The notes beneath the pieces were generated by a model, which made no database searches, was not told where the DNA came from, and saw only the letters and a program-made list of their open reading frames with translations. From Candidatus Andersenbacteria bacterium RIFCSPHIGHO2_12_FULL_45_11b (GTDB taxonomy: Bacteria; Patescibacteriota; Andersenbacteria; UBA10190): a stretch of 42,359 nt of DNA. Positions 33,419 through 41,732 of the stretch are shown here, one piece after another. Position numbers and translations under genes: made by a program. Positions within the stretch are counted from its first letter, which is position 1. Every line of letters starts with the position of its first letter. The stretch covers positions 782 through 43,140 of the forward strand of contig MHHS01000050.1 in assembly GCA_001817115.1 (NCBI GenBank). Reading direction: 5' to 3'.

Positions 33419-34024
33419 ATGCAACATATGCTTATTGTCGGACTAGGAAACCCCGGAGAACAATTTAAGAATACTAGGCATAATCTGGGACAGGGTATTA
33501 TTTCTGCATGGGTTGATATGCTGCAAGCACAAGGTGCAGACATTCAGCTAATGCAATCAAAAGAATCTTTGCATGCGCGCATGCAAGAAATTCTTTTGAA
33601 CGATGTAAAGATTACTGTGCTATATCCTGATGTTTTTATGAACGAATCAGGAAAAGCCGTGATGCAATATTTGAGATATAACGAACTAGATAAGAAAAAT
33701 ATTCTGGTTGTTCATGATGATTTAGAATTGCCATTAGGCGAATCAAGGTTGCAAGAATCTGGAAGCGCGCATGGGCATAATGGGATGCGGTCTATTCATG
33801 ACTTTTTGGGCGATACAGATATTCCACAGTTGCGCATCGGTATCGGCCGCCCCTTCGCCAAGGCTACGGGGCGCGCAGCGGCCTCAGATATCAATTCTTT
33901 AGAGAGTTTTGTGTTGGGAAAATTTACCCCGGAAGAACAGAGTATTCTAAAAGAAAAACAGGAAGCAATTTTGGATGTTATTACAGATATCGTTGTCGGA
34001 AATAATGCGTCATCCCGGGCTTGA
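33419..34024 (+). CDS. pth: peptidyl-tRNA hydrolase
   Basis: LIVGLGNPG, TRHNLG, FMNESG, RIGIGRP, FVLGKF. An alternative ATG exists at 33428. The stop codon lies in the loop of a family-B hairpin. Confidence 0.9.
   Translation: MQHMLIVGLGNPGEQFKNTRHNLGQGIISAWVDMLQAQGADIQLMQSKESLHARMQEILLNDVKITVLYPDVFMNESGKAVMQYLRYNELDKKNILVVHDDLELPLGESRLQESGSAHGHNGMRSIHDFLGDTDIPQLRIGIGRPFAKATGRAAASDINSLESFVLGKFTPEEQSILKEKQEAILDVITDIVVGNNASSRA
33845..33883 (+). repeat. GC-rich in-frame segment in pth resembling a degenerate family-A hairpin
   Basis: GGCCGCCCCTTCGCCAAGGCTACGGGGCGCGCAGCGGCC. It encodes RPFAKATGRAAAS, comparable to LPLTKPARRTGG in leuS. Confidence 0.35.
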
Positions 34025-34043
34025 CCCGGGATCCACGTGGATT
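34009..34043. repeat. family-B element, truncated, containing the pth stop codon (B4)
   Basis: GTC ATCCCGGG-cttga-CCCGGGAT CCACGTGGATT. Confidence 0.7.
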
Positions 34044-34049
34044 ACCCAG

Positions 34050-35525
34050 CTATTGCGCTGCGTCCGAGCCGAGAATAACTAAGATATCCGCGTTTGTTTT
34101 TGCTTCGCTGGTTGGTATATCTGTCGCCGCCGATGCATTGAGGGATGATGCTATTTTTTGCGCATCGTCTGCTTGCGTTACTTTCGGCGCATATACGATT
34201 GTTTTGGAGACAGATTTTGAGTTCGCATTTGCAGTTGCGACAACCTTATACCCTTGCGACTCCAGTTTCGTTGCAATCTTTTTTGCAAGACCATTGGTGC
34301 TGGTTCCGTTGCGCACTTCTACTGTTGGAAGGGAGGCGGATGATGGCGCAGCGCTTGTGTTCGGTGATGGCGAAGGGGATATATTCGGAATAATGTCTCC
34401 GTTGGCATTAATATTTTCCACAGGCACGCTTGTTGGTTGCTCCTCAATTACTTTTCCTATAGATTCGGAAAACATATTTTGCGCAAGTGCTTGAACTTCA
34501 GAAAAATCTCCTGTGCGAGTTTTGAGCACTGATGCAGGAACGCCCCCGAGCACTACCGTATCGCCTTTGAGTATTCCATTCGGACCTGTGCTCATAATGT
34601 CAGACCTAAAGTCGGAGGAGTTTATTTGTCGAGCAAGTTCGAAAAAACGTTTCATTTCCCATATTTGCAGATCTGTTCGGATGTCTTCTGAAAGCGAGCT
34701 GAAAATTCCGTTCATTGCATTAAAGTCGAGCGCTGTGTGTACGGAAAATACTTTGTCGCGGATAGCAACGAGCATCTGCTGCTGCCTTGCGGTGCGTTTG
34801 AAATCGCCGCCTTCGGGGCCGTTTACAAATCGAGCGCGCGCGTATGCAAGGGCTCGATCGCCGTTCATTGTTTCTGTTCCCGTAGGGAATGCGATTTTGT
34901 GCCAGTAGTCAAAAAATCCGTTTGCGATATGAATATTTACTCCGCCTACTGCGTCAACAATCTTTTTAAATGCCGTAAAATCGATTCGTGCAAAGTAATG
35001 TATCTTGAGTCCAGTGATCTCTTCTATTTTTTGCTTGAGAAGCGCTGGTCCGCCATCTTTTTTCTCGGACTCGCCATATGCATGAACCGCATTTATTTTC
35101 GAGTAGACCTGCTGGTTTGGAACCTGCACATATAAATCGCGCGGAATAGAAAGAAGGGCAACCTTTTTTTCTTTCGGTTCGATGCTTGCTATCATAATAG
35201 TATCAGCGAGATTTGCGCCTTCGTGCCCCTCTCCGCCGATTGCTATAAGCAGAATATTGATCCGACCCTCTTTCTCCCCCTTTAATTGATTTCCAGACTT
35301 AAATAATAAGTCTCCAAGTTGCCCGAAAAATGTTTGGTTAGCTGTGCTGATGCTGTTGCCCGCAGCAAGAATTTTATATCCAAATATTCCCGCACCTGTT
35401 ACGAGCAGGAGAGTTATGAAGATGAGAACCCCTCGAATAATTCGAAATGCAGGCGAGTGCTTTTTTTGCTTGGTTGGAATTTGCTCTATAGTACGAGGCT
35501 CCATGTCTTGCATATCATAATACAC
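34050..35525 (-). CDS. LytR-CpsA-Psr (LCP) family protein with C-terminal LytR_C domain
   Basis: N-terminal TM, INILLIAIGGEG...ADTIMIASI...LLSIPRDLYV, and C-terminal VEVRNGTSTNGLAKKIATKLESQGYKV. Confidence 0.85.
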   Translation of the reverse strand: MYYDMQDMEPRTIEQIPTKQKKHSPAFRIIRGVLIFITLLLVTGAGIFGYKILAAGNSISTANQTFFGQLGDLLFKSGNQLKGEKEGRINILLIAIGGEGHEGANLADTIMIASIEPKEKKVALLSIPRDLYVQVPNQQVYSKINAVHAYGESEKKDGGPALLKQKIEEITGLKIHYFARIDFTAFKKIVDAVGGVNIHIANGFFDYWHKIAFPTGTETMNGDRALAYARARFVNGPEGGDFKRTARQQQMLVAIRDKVFSVHTALDFNAMNGIFSSLSEDIRTDLQIWEMKRFFELARQINSSDFRSDIMSTGPNGILKGDTVVLGGVPASVLKTRTGDFSEVQALAQNMFSESIGKVIEEQPTSVPVENINANGDIIPNISPSPSPNTSAAPSSASLPTVEVRNGTSTNGLAKKIATKLESQGYKVVATANANSKSVSKTIVYAPKVTQADDAQKIASSLNASAATDIPTSEAKTNADILVILGSDAAQ

Positions 35526-35544
35526 ATACAGTAAACTTGCCAGT

Positions 35545-36147
35545 ATGGATGAGCAATCTTTCGAACAGCGGTCGTTCGTGTGGGCTATCGGTTCGTTTTT
35601 CTGGGAGTTATTGAAGGCTTTTTTGCTTGCTATGGTTATTATCGTCCCAATTCGCTATTTCATTGGACAGCCGTTCTTTGTGCGCGGAGCTTCGATGGAA
35701 CCAAATTTTCAAAATGGGGAGTATTTGGTAATTGATCAGCTTTCATATCGATTAAGCGATCCGAAGCGAGAAGACGTTGTGGTGTTTCGCTACCCGCTTG
35801 ATGAATCGCAGTTTTTTATCAAGAGAATTGTTGGTTTGCCCGGTGATGAGGTTCGTGTGGAAAACGGCCAGATTATTATTGTCAACGCAACATACCCCAA
35901 TGGCGTAGTGCTTAATGAGTCGCAATACCTGCCTGCAGAATTGAAAACGGGAGGGCAGCTCTCCGTGCGCTTAGGGGCAGACCAGTATTTCGTGCTTGGC
36001 GATAATCGTCCCGCAAGTTCCGATTCTAGGTCGTGGGGGCCAGCCAATAGAAGTGAAATAGTGGGGAGGGTGTGGATGCGCGCATGGCCATTTGATCGGT
36101 TGCAGATATTTCATTCCCTGCAACCCAGTTTTGTAGCCGCTTCCTGA
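35545..36147 (+). CDS. lepB: signal peptidase I
   Basis: GASMEPNF (Ser box), KRIVGLPGD (Lys box), GDNRPASSDSR. Confidence 0.92.
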   Translation: MDEQSFEQRSFVWAIGSFFWELLKAFLLAMVIIVPIRYFIGQPFFVRGASMEPNFQNGEYLVIDQLSYRLSDPKREDVVVFRYPLDESQFFIKRIVGLPGDEVRVENGQIIIVNATYPNGVVLNESQYLPAELKTGGQLSVRLGADQYFVLGDNRPASSDSRSWGPANRSEIVGRVWMRAWPFDRLQIFHSLQPSFVAAS

Positions 36148-36159
36148 AGATGATGCTAC

Positions 36160-36188
36160 TTGATTTTTTGCCCGTTGATCGCTATAGT
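36160..36188 (+). promoter_or_regulatory. candidate promoter TTGATT, 17 nt spacer, TATAGT upstream of hisS
   Basis: TTGATT at 36160-36165 and TATAGT at 36183-36188, 10 nt upstream of ATG 36199. Confidence 0.5.
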
Positions 36189-36198
36189 GAGTTTTTAT

Positions 36199-37527
36199 AT
36201 GACAACCAAGAAAAAAACATCATCTGAATCGAAAGTGCAGTTTCCTCTTCACAGTCCTCGCGGTACGCAAGATATTCTTCCGCAAGACCAGAAATATTGG
36301 GAATATGTTACAGAAAATGCAAAATCATTTTTGCGAGGGTGGCATTTTCAATATCTTGAAACTCCTACGTTCGAAGAAACGGCGCTGTTTTCTCGCGGTA
36401 TCGGGGAAAATACAGATATTGTCGATAAGGAGTTATTTGAGTTAAAGTCTCGAGGCAAAGGGTCAAGCTACGCTCTTCGTCCGGAAGGAACGGCTTCTGT
36501 GGTGCGGGCTTACATTGAGCATGGAATGCGAAGCTGGCCTCGCCCAGTGAAATTATTTACGATAGGATCTTTTTTTCGCTACGATCGTCCGCAAGCAGGA
36601 AGGTTTCGAGAATTCCATCAAATTGACATAGAGGCAATCGGATCTGCAAATCCCATTACAGACGTACAGGTGATATACGTTTTGCATAATTATTTTCAAA
36701 GCCTCGGATTGGATGATTATGTTGTGCTGATTAACACGCTTGGCGAACCATCCGAGCGAAAGGCATACATATCGCTTCTTAAGGAGCACTTCCGAAGAAA
36801 CAGGCAAAAGCTGTGCAGGAATTGCAAAGATCGGCTGGTAACGAATCCTCTTCGCCTGCTTGATTGCAAAGAAGAAAAATGCCAGCAAGTTGGGAATACT
36901 GCGCCTCGGCTATTGGATCATTTATCGGATGCATCAAGGAAGCATTTTGAGTTTATTCTCGATAGCTTGCGGGAGCTGGGTGTTCCGTATGAAGTGACTC
37001 CGTCTCTGGTGCGCGGACTCGATTATTATACGCACACGGTATTTGAATTTGTTCCGAAGTCAACGCGCGGAGAATCCCAGCAAAGCTCGTTTGCTTCAGG
37101 AGGCAGATACAACAACCTCGTAAAAGAATTAGGGGGTAAGGATATGCCAGCAATTGGAGCTGCAATCGGCGTAGAGCGCGTTATTGATCGCGTAAAGACA
37201 GAGGGAATTGATTTGATGGTTATGGATCATCCGCAGTTATTTATTGCGCAATTAGGCGATCAGGCAAAAATTGTCGGACTGCAGGTTATGAAGGAGCTTC
37301 GAGATGCGGACATTCCGTTTTCCGAAAGCATTGATCGAGACGGCATGCAGCAGCAGCTTCATATGGCGGATCGGCTTAAGGTGGAATGGTCGATTATTAT
37401 CGGGCAAAAAGAAGTGCTCGATAAAACGGTCATATTGCGCAACATGGAAAGCGGAATGCAGGAAGTTGTTGATCGCGATCGACTGGTAAAAGAATTAGAG
37501 CGAAGGCTTCATATTGTACGGGAGTAA
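36199..37527 (+). CDS. hisS: histidine--tRNA ligase
   Basis: PRGTQDILP, YALRPEGTASVVRAY, FRYDRPQAGRFREFHQIDIE, GGRYNNL. Start set at MTTKKK. Confidence 0.93.
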   Translation: MTTKKKTSSESKVQFPLHSPRGTQDILPQDQKYWEYVTENAKSFLRGWHFQYLETPTFEETALFSRGIGENTDIVDKELFELKSRGKGSSYALRPEGTASVVRAYIEHGMRSWPRPVKLFTIGSFFRYDRPQAGRFREFHQIDIEAIGSANPITDVQVIYVLHNYFQSLGLDDYVVLINTLGEPSERKAYISLLKEHFRRNRQKLCRNCKDRLVTNPLRLLDCKEEKCQQVGNTAPRLLDHLSDASRKHFEFILDSLRELGVPYEVTPSLVRGLDYYTHTVFEFVPKSTRGESQQSSFASGGRYNNLVKELGGKDMPAIGAAIGVERVIDRVKTEGIDLMVMDHPQLFIAQLGDQAKIVGLQVMKELRDADIPFSESIDRDGMQQQLHMADRLKVEWSIIIGQKEVLDKTVILRNMESGMQEVVDRDRLVKELERRLHIVRE

Positions 37528-37537
37528 CAATCCGCGA

Positions 37538-37543
37538 TATACT
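37538..37543 (+). promoter_or_regulatory. -10-like TATACT, 9 nt upstream of HIT gene ATG
   Basis: Motif and spacing read directly. No SD. Confidence 0.35.
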
Positions 37544-37552
37544 TACGGCAAT

Positions 37553-37921
37553 ATGAGCGTTGCCAATGATTGCATATTTTGCAGTATTGCTGCAGGAATA
37601 ACCCCTGCCGAGGTATTGTTTGATGGCGGAGATACGATCTTTTTTCGCGATACAAATCCAAAAGCGCCAGTGCATATTATCGGTATTCCAAAAAAGCATC
37701 TTGCATCGCTCGATGCGTTAACTGGTGATGACCATTTGGTGATGGGAAAGCTGATGCATGAAGCTGCGCATATTGCGCGCGATGCTGGTATTTTCGAGTC
37801 TGGGTATCGTGTAATTGCAAATGTGGGGAAAGATGCCGGTCAAGAAATCACTCATTTGCATTTTCATATCGTGGGCGGAGAAAATTTAGGCCCGCTAGTG
37901 TGCAGCGCGCCATCTCTATGA
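37553..37921 (+). CDS. HIT family (HinT-like) nucleotide hydrolase
   Basis: CIFCSI and the histidine triad HLHFHIVGG. Length 122 aa. Confidence 0.88.
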   Translation: MSVANDCIFCSIAAGITPAEVLFDGGDTIFFRDTNPKAPVHIIGIPKKHLASLDALTGDDHLVMGKLMHEAAHIARDAGIFESGYRVIANVGKDAGQEITHLHFHIVGGENLGPLVCSAPSL

Positions 37922-38334
37922 ACAAGAAATCTATTGCAACAGTATATGCATGGCTGGTAGTCGCTTTTATTCCTTTTATTACTTATGCGGGTATTGTGAA
38001 CTGTGGAAATAAGCAACCTGGCGATGGCATGACTAACGAGCCATGCACTATTAATGATTTATTCGGGGTATTTGTAAATATTTTCAATTTTCTTTTGGGA
38101 ATGGGAGCGATCGTCGCCATGATTTTTCTTATTTACGGCGGTATCAAGATGTTCCTCTATTCCGTTGACGAGGAGCAATTAGCAGCTGGGAAAAAAGCAG
38201 TGATTGAGGCATTGATTGGGTTAGCGATTATTCTGCTCGCATACGTGTTGGTTAATACGCTGCTCACTGTTCTCGGGGTTACTGATCCGGCCAGTTATTT
38301 TGACGGATCCGCGCAATCGGGGTCGACGCCATAA
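37918..38334 (+). CDS. TrbC/VirB2-type (T4SS-pilin-like) small membrane protein
   Basis: Signal-like N-terminus, a Cys pair (CGN...EPC), then two TM helices separated by a short charged loop (GGIKMFLYSVDEEQLAAGKKAV). ATGA overlap with the HIT stop. Confidence 0.6.
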   Translation: MNKKSIATVYAWLVVAFIPFITYAGIVNCGNKQPGDGMTNEPCTINDLFGVFVNIFNFLLGMGAIVAMIFLIYGGIKMFLYSVDEEQLAAGKKAVIEALIGLAIILLAYVLVNTLLTVLGVTDPASYFDGSAQSGSTP

Positions 38335-38427
38335 TATCGCGTCAATCCATTGACGACGGTCTTTTGGCGTGGTAAGGTGTTTTCCAGAGCTATTTGACTA
38401 TTATTAATTAGGAGGTGACTTTTTGCT

Positions 38428-38676
38428 GTGTTAGAAGTACAGAAACGAGACAATGAGAATTCCGAGGGGTTAATCCGTCGGTTCACGCGCGTTGTACAGC
38501 AAAGCGGCGTGTTGTTGCAGGCGAAGAAAGTTCGATATCATGAAAAGAAGAAGAGCAAGATGAAAGTTCGAGAAGAGGCTCAGCGACGCGGAGAGCTTCA
38601 AGCCGAACGCGACCGATTGATTAAGCTAGGAGAGATTGATGAGTTTTCATACCCGCAAAAAAAGAAACGCTGGTAA
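38428..38676 (+). CDS. rpsU: 30S ribosomal protein S21
   Basis: GLIRRFTRVVQQSGVLLQAKKVRYHEKKKSK. GTG start with AGGAGG upstream. Confidence 0.85.
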   Translation: MLEVQKRDNENSEGLIRRFTRVVQQSGVLLQAKKVRYHEKKKSKMKVREEAQRRGELQAERDRLIKLGEIDEFSYPQKKKRW

Positions 38677-38684
38677 ACGCGACT

Positions 38685-38772
38685 GTCATGCCGGACTTGC
38701 AGCGCCCAGCATAGCCTTGGCGACGTTGGGATCCGGCATCCACGTAGATTCCGGCTCGGAGGCCGGAATGAC
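38685..38772. repeat. family-B element downstream of rpsU (B5)
   Basis: GTC ATGCCGGA...TCCGGCAT CCACGTAG ATTCCGGC-tcggag-GCCGGAAT GAC. Confidence 0.8.
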
Positions 38773-38802
38773 ACCCGGGAAAAATCCCGGGTGTTTTATT
38801 TT
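38772..38802 (+). terminator. Rho-independent terminator after rpsU
   Basis: CACCCGGG / CCCGGGTG 8-bp stem followed by TTTTATTTT. Confidence 0.8.
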
Positions 38803-38836
38803 ACAAAAACAGGTATACTTCTAATTAATTCTTTGT

Positions 38837-39559
38837 ATGGCTAATGAAATTCCACCAAACCTTCCCATCCCTCCGATAGCGCCTGCTGGAGTTGAGCCAG
38901 GGCGCGGATTTGATGTTCCTGATCCATTCGAGGAGCATGCTTCTATGCCAAATAAGTCGCGTCAGCCAAATCCGCTCATCGCTGCACCTCAGGTTGATGA
39001 AGCTCTCGTATCGGAAAAATCAGTATTTACCCAGCCGAAAAATACAAATCGGAAAAGCTCCAAACCTGCCATTGTCATCATTATCATAGTTATTATATTA
39101 CTGTTTCTTGTGGCAATTGGCGTTATAACAATGCGCTTGTTGGGAACGACGGCTACGCCAGTTCCTTCTAGTACTCCGCTTCCAAGCGAAGTGCCAGCTA
39201 TTATTGAATCATCCGCCCCAGTTTCCTCCCCATCTCCTGCGGTTGTAGTTGGCGGAGGCGGAGAGGATGCTGACCATGACGGCCTTTTGAATGCTGAAGA
39301 GCAACTGTATGGTACCGATCCGGCAAATCCAGATACCGACGGTGATGGTTATAACGACGGAGAAGAAGTGAAGAATGGATATAATCCGCTCGGCGAAGGA
39401 ACGCTTGATTCAGATAATGATGGTCTTGCCGATCCAACAGAGCGGAAAATGGGAACTGATCCATTTAACCCCGATACTGATGGCGACGGATATTCTGACG
39501 GCGACGAAGTTGCGCATAGCCATAATCCACTTATTCCAGCACCGAACGACAAGCTTTAG
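38837..39559 (+). CDS. membrane-anchored protein with thrombospondin type-3-like calcium-binding repeats
   Basis: One TM ([22 protein letters not shown]), then [40 protein letters not shown]. Confidence 0.8.
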   Translation: MANEIPPNLPIPPIAPAGVEPGRGFDVPDPFEEHASMPNKSRQPNPLIAAPQVDEALVSEKSVFTQPKNTNRKSSKPAIVIIIIVIILLFLVAIGVITMRLLGTTATPVPSSTPLPSEVPAIIESSAPVSSPSPAVVVGGGGEDADHDGLLNAEEQLYGTDPANPDTDGDGYNDGEEVKNGYNPLGEGTLDSDNDGLADPTERKMGTDPFNPDTDGDGYSDGDEVAHSHNPLIPAPNDKL

Positions 39560-39574
39560 CCATACCTACGTGAT

Positions 39575-40012
39575 ATGATTGCAGAAGTTGAGTGTGAAAA
39601 CCTTCCTCTTACAAACGTTCAAGTAAAACGCTTATTGGACAATTCTTGCAAGCGCATGTTTCGCGATACAGATGGCTTGGTTGCAGTGCGGTGTGTCTCT
39701 TCTGATGATATACAGCGTTTAAACTCTGTATACCGAGCTAATGACAATCCTACAAACGTATTAACATTCTCATACGATGATACAGAGCATGATGTTGCGC
39801 TTTGCATGGACGTGGCGATGCGTGAAGCGAGTGAAAGAAATGCTCAGCTGACGGATTATGTAGCTCTTTTACTAGTGCATGCTTTTTTGCACGTACTAGG
39901 ATTGGATCATGAAAAATCTGCACAAGAGGACGAGAAAACACAGGCACTGGAGAAGCAAATCTTAGAAGAGAGCGGATTTATGGCAACTTCGTTATCTGTA
40001 TCGCGGCTATGA
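39575..40012 (+). CDS. ybeY: rRNA maturation endoribonuclease YbeY
   Basis: HAFLHVLGLDHE zinc motif. Length 145 aa. Confidence 0.9.
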   Translation: MIAEVECENLPLTNVQVKRLLDNSCKRMFRDTDGLVAVRCVSSDDIQRLNSVYRANDNPTNVLTFSYDDTEHDVALCMDVAMREASERNAQLTDYVALLLVHAFLHVLGLDHEKSAQEDEKTQALEKQILEESGFMATSLSVSRL

Positions 40013-40374
40013 AAAAATGGCATAGAAGCAGGTCGTTTTTTGAGGCGTTAGCATTTGCTCTGCGAGGAGTTGCTACGGCAATTTTGCGCGAACGAAATGT
40101 GCGCATCCAATTATTTATTGGAACAATAATTTTGTTCATTATGGCATTGCTTCGTATCTCATTAATTAATATTGCAGTAGGGGCAGTCGTCATAATGCTT
40201 GTTCTCGCGTTTGAAATGATGAATACGTCAATTGAGCTTATTGCAGACATTGTGCACCCTAAGTACAGCATTGTTGTTCGCAACGCGAAAGATATTGCAG
40301 CGGGGGCGGTTCTTGTGGTCACTATTGCTGCCTGCATAATCGGGGTTCTTATTTTTATTCCTAATCTTTTTTAG
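40009..40374 (+). CDS. dgkA: diacylglycerol/undecaprenol kinase family protein
   Basis: Three TM segments and EMMNTSIELIADIV. ATGA overlap with ybeY. Confidence 0.85.
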   Translation: MKKWHRSRSFFEALAFALRGVATAILRERNVRIQLFIGTIILFIMALLRISLINIAVGAVVIMLVLAFEMMNTSIELIADIVHPKYSIVVRNAKDIAAGAVLVVTIAACIIGVLIFIPNLF

Positions 40375-40401
40375 GTACAATAGAGGCATACGCTATTTAT
40401 T

Positions 40402-41646
40402 ATGAATCGCCCGCATATTTTTACCGCAATTGATCTTGGTTCGAGTACTGTACGTGTGGTTGTTGCGCAAAAAAATACTCAAGGGCAAGAGGAGGAAGTG
40501 AAGATTCTCGGGGTGGGAACAGCGCCAATGAACGGGATGCAGAAAGGGATTGTTACGGATGTTGAAGAAGCTGTGGCGTCTCTTGGTACAGCGCTAGATA
40601 TTGTAGAGAGGATATCGGGCGTACCAGTTGAAAAAGCCTATACAAGTATTAATGGGGCTCATTTAATCTCCCAGTCTCTTCGCGGAGTTATTGCAATTAG
40701 CCGTGCTGACGGTGAAATTACTTCAGATGACGTTGATCGGGTCATTAATGCTGCGCAGGCAATATCGCTCCCGCCCAATCGGGAGATTCTTCACATTCTT
40801 CCACAGAATTATATTGTAGATGGGCAAGAACACATCCAAGACTCTATTGGAATGACGGGTGTTAGGCTTGAAGTTGAGGCGCATGCGATTATCGGGTCTT
40901 CTCCTGCAATAAAGAATGTTACGAAGGTTGTGAATCAATCAGGGGTTCACATTGAGGAATTTGTTTTTGCCCCGCTTGCAGCTTCTCTTGCAGTACTTGA
41001 AAAACGTCAAAAAGAGCTGGGCGTAGTTGTAATAGATCTCGGCGCAGGAACGACCGGGTTCGCTGTATATGAAGAAAACACCCTGCTGCATACAAACGTT
41101 CTTCCTGTTGGAGCATCTCACATCACGAACGACATTGCTATTGGTTTGCGCACATCAATCGAAATCGCGGAGGCTATCAAGCTTGCGCACGGAACGGCTG
41201 CTGTTGAGAGTGTATCCGTTCACGACATGATTGTTGTGGAAGGGCAGGACGGTGAACAGGAGTCGATTTCTAAAAAAGACGTTGCGGAGATTATAAAAGA
41301 TCGACTAGATGAGCTATTCTCATATGTTGATCGAGAATTAAAAAATATTGGTCGTTCTGGGTTATTGCCTGCAGGAGTTATTTTGACCGGCGGGGGGGCA
41401 TATATGGACGGTGTTGTTGAGCTGGCAAAAAAGCGCTTGCGGCTTCCTGTGCGTATCGGACATCCCCAAAAGTTTTCCGGATTAGCAGATCAAACTGACG
41501 GACCAGAGTTTGCAGTTGCTCTTGGGCTTATTGCTTTTGCCCTCGAGCAAGAAGGCAAGGCTACTGCCCATAAATCTCTTTCCTTACCAGACATTAGCGG
41601 CACAGTCCGCAAAATAAAAGATTGGACAAAGTCGTTTTTGCCGTAA
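40402..41646 (+). CDS. ftsA: cell division protein FtsA
   Basis: AIDLGSSTVRVVVA, VVIDLGAGTT, ILTGGGA. Length 414 aa. Confidence 0.93.
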   Translation: MNRPHIFTAIDLGSSTVRVVVAQKNTQGQEEEVKILGVGTAPMNGMQKGIVTDVEEAVASLGTALDIVERISGVPVEKAYTSINGAHLISQSLRGVIAISRADGEITSDDVDRVINAAQAISLPPNREILHILPQNYIVDGQEHIQDSIGMTGVRLEVEAHAIIGSSPAIKNVTKVVNQSGVHIEEFVFAPLAASLAVLEKRQKELGVVVIDLGAGTTGFAVYEENTLLHTNVLPVGASHITNDIAIGLRTSIEIAEAIKLAHGTAAVESVSVHDMIVVEGQDGEQESISKKDVAEIIKDRLDELFSYVDRELKNIGRSGLLPAGVILTGGGAYMDGVVELAKKRLRLPVRIGHPQKFSGLADQTDGPEFAVALGLIAFALEQEGKATAHKSLSLPDISGTVRKIKDWTKSFLP

Positions 41647-41695
41647 GAAATTTACTGTGAACACAAAGTGTGTACGGGTTGTACACATATTGTTA

Positions 41696-41723
41696 TTGAC
41701 ATTCTTTTTTTCGTTCGTACGAT
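41696..41723 (+). promoter_or_regulatory. candidate ftsZ promoter TTGACA, 16 nt spacer, TACGAT
   Basis: TTGACA at 41696-41701 and TACGAT at 41718-41723, 9 nt upstream of ATG 41733. No SD. Confidence 0.5.
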
Positions 41724-41732
41724 GAAGATGAT

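Noticed and set aside
34021-34494. 157-aa + strand ORF
   Set aside because: It is antisense to the 3' part of the LCP gene, which has a clear LytR_C signature. It starts inside repeat B4.
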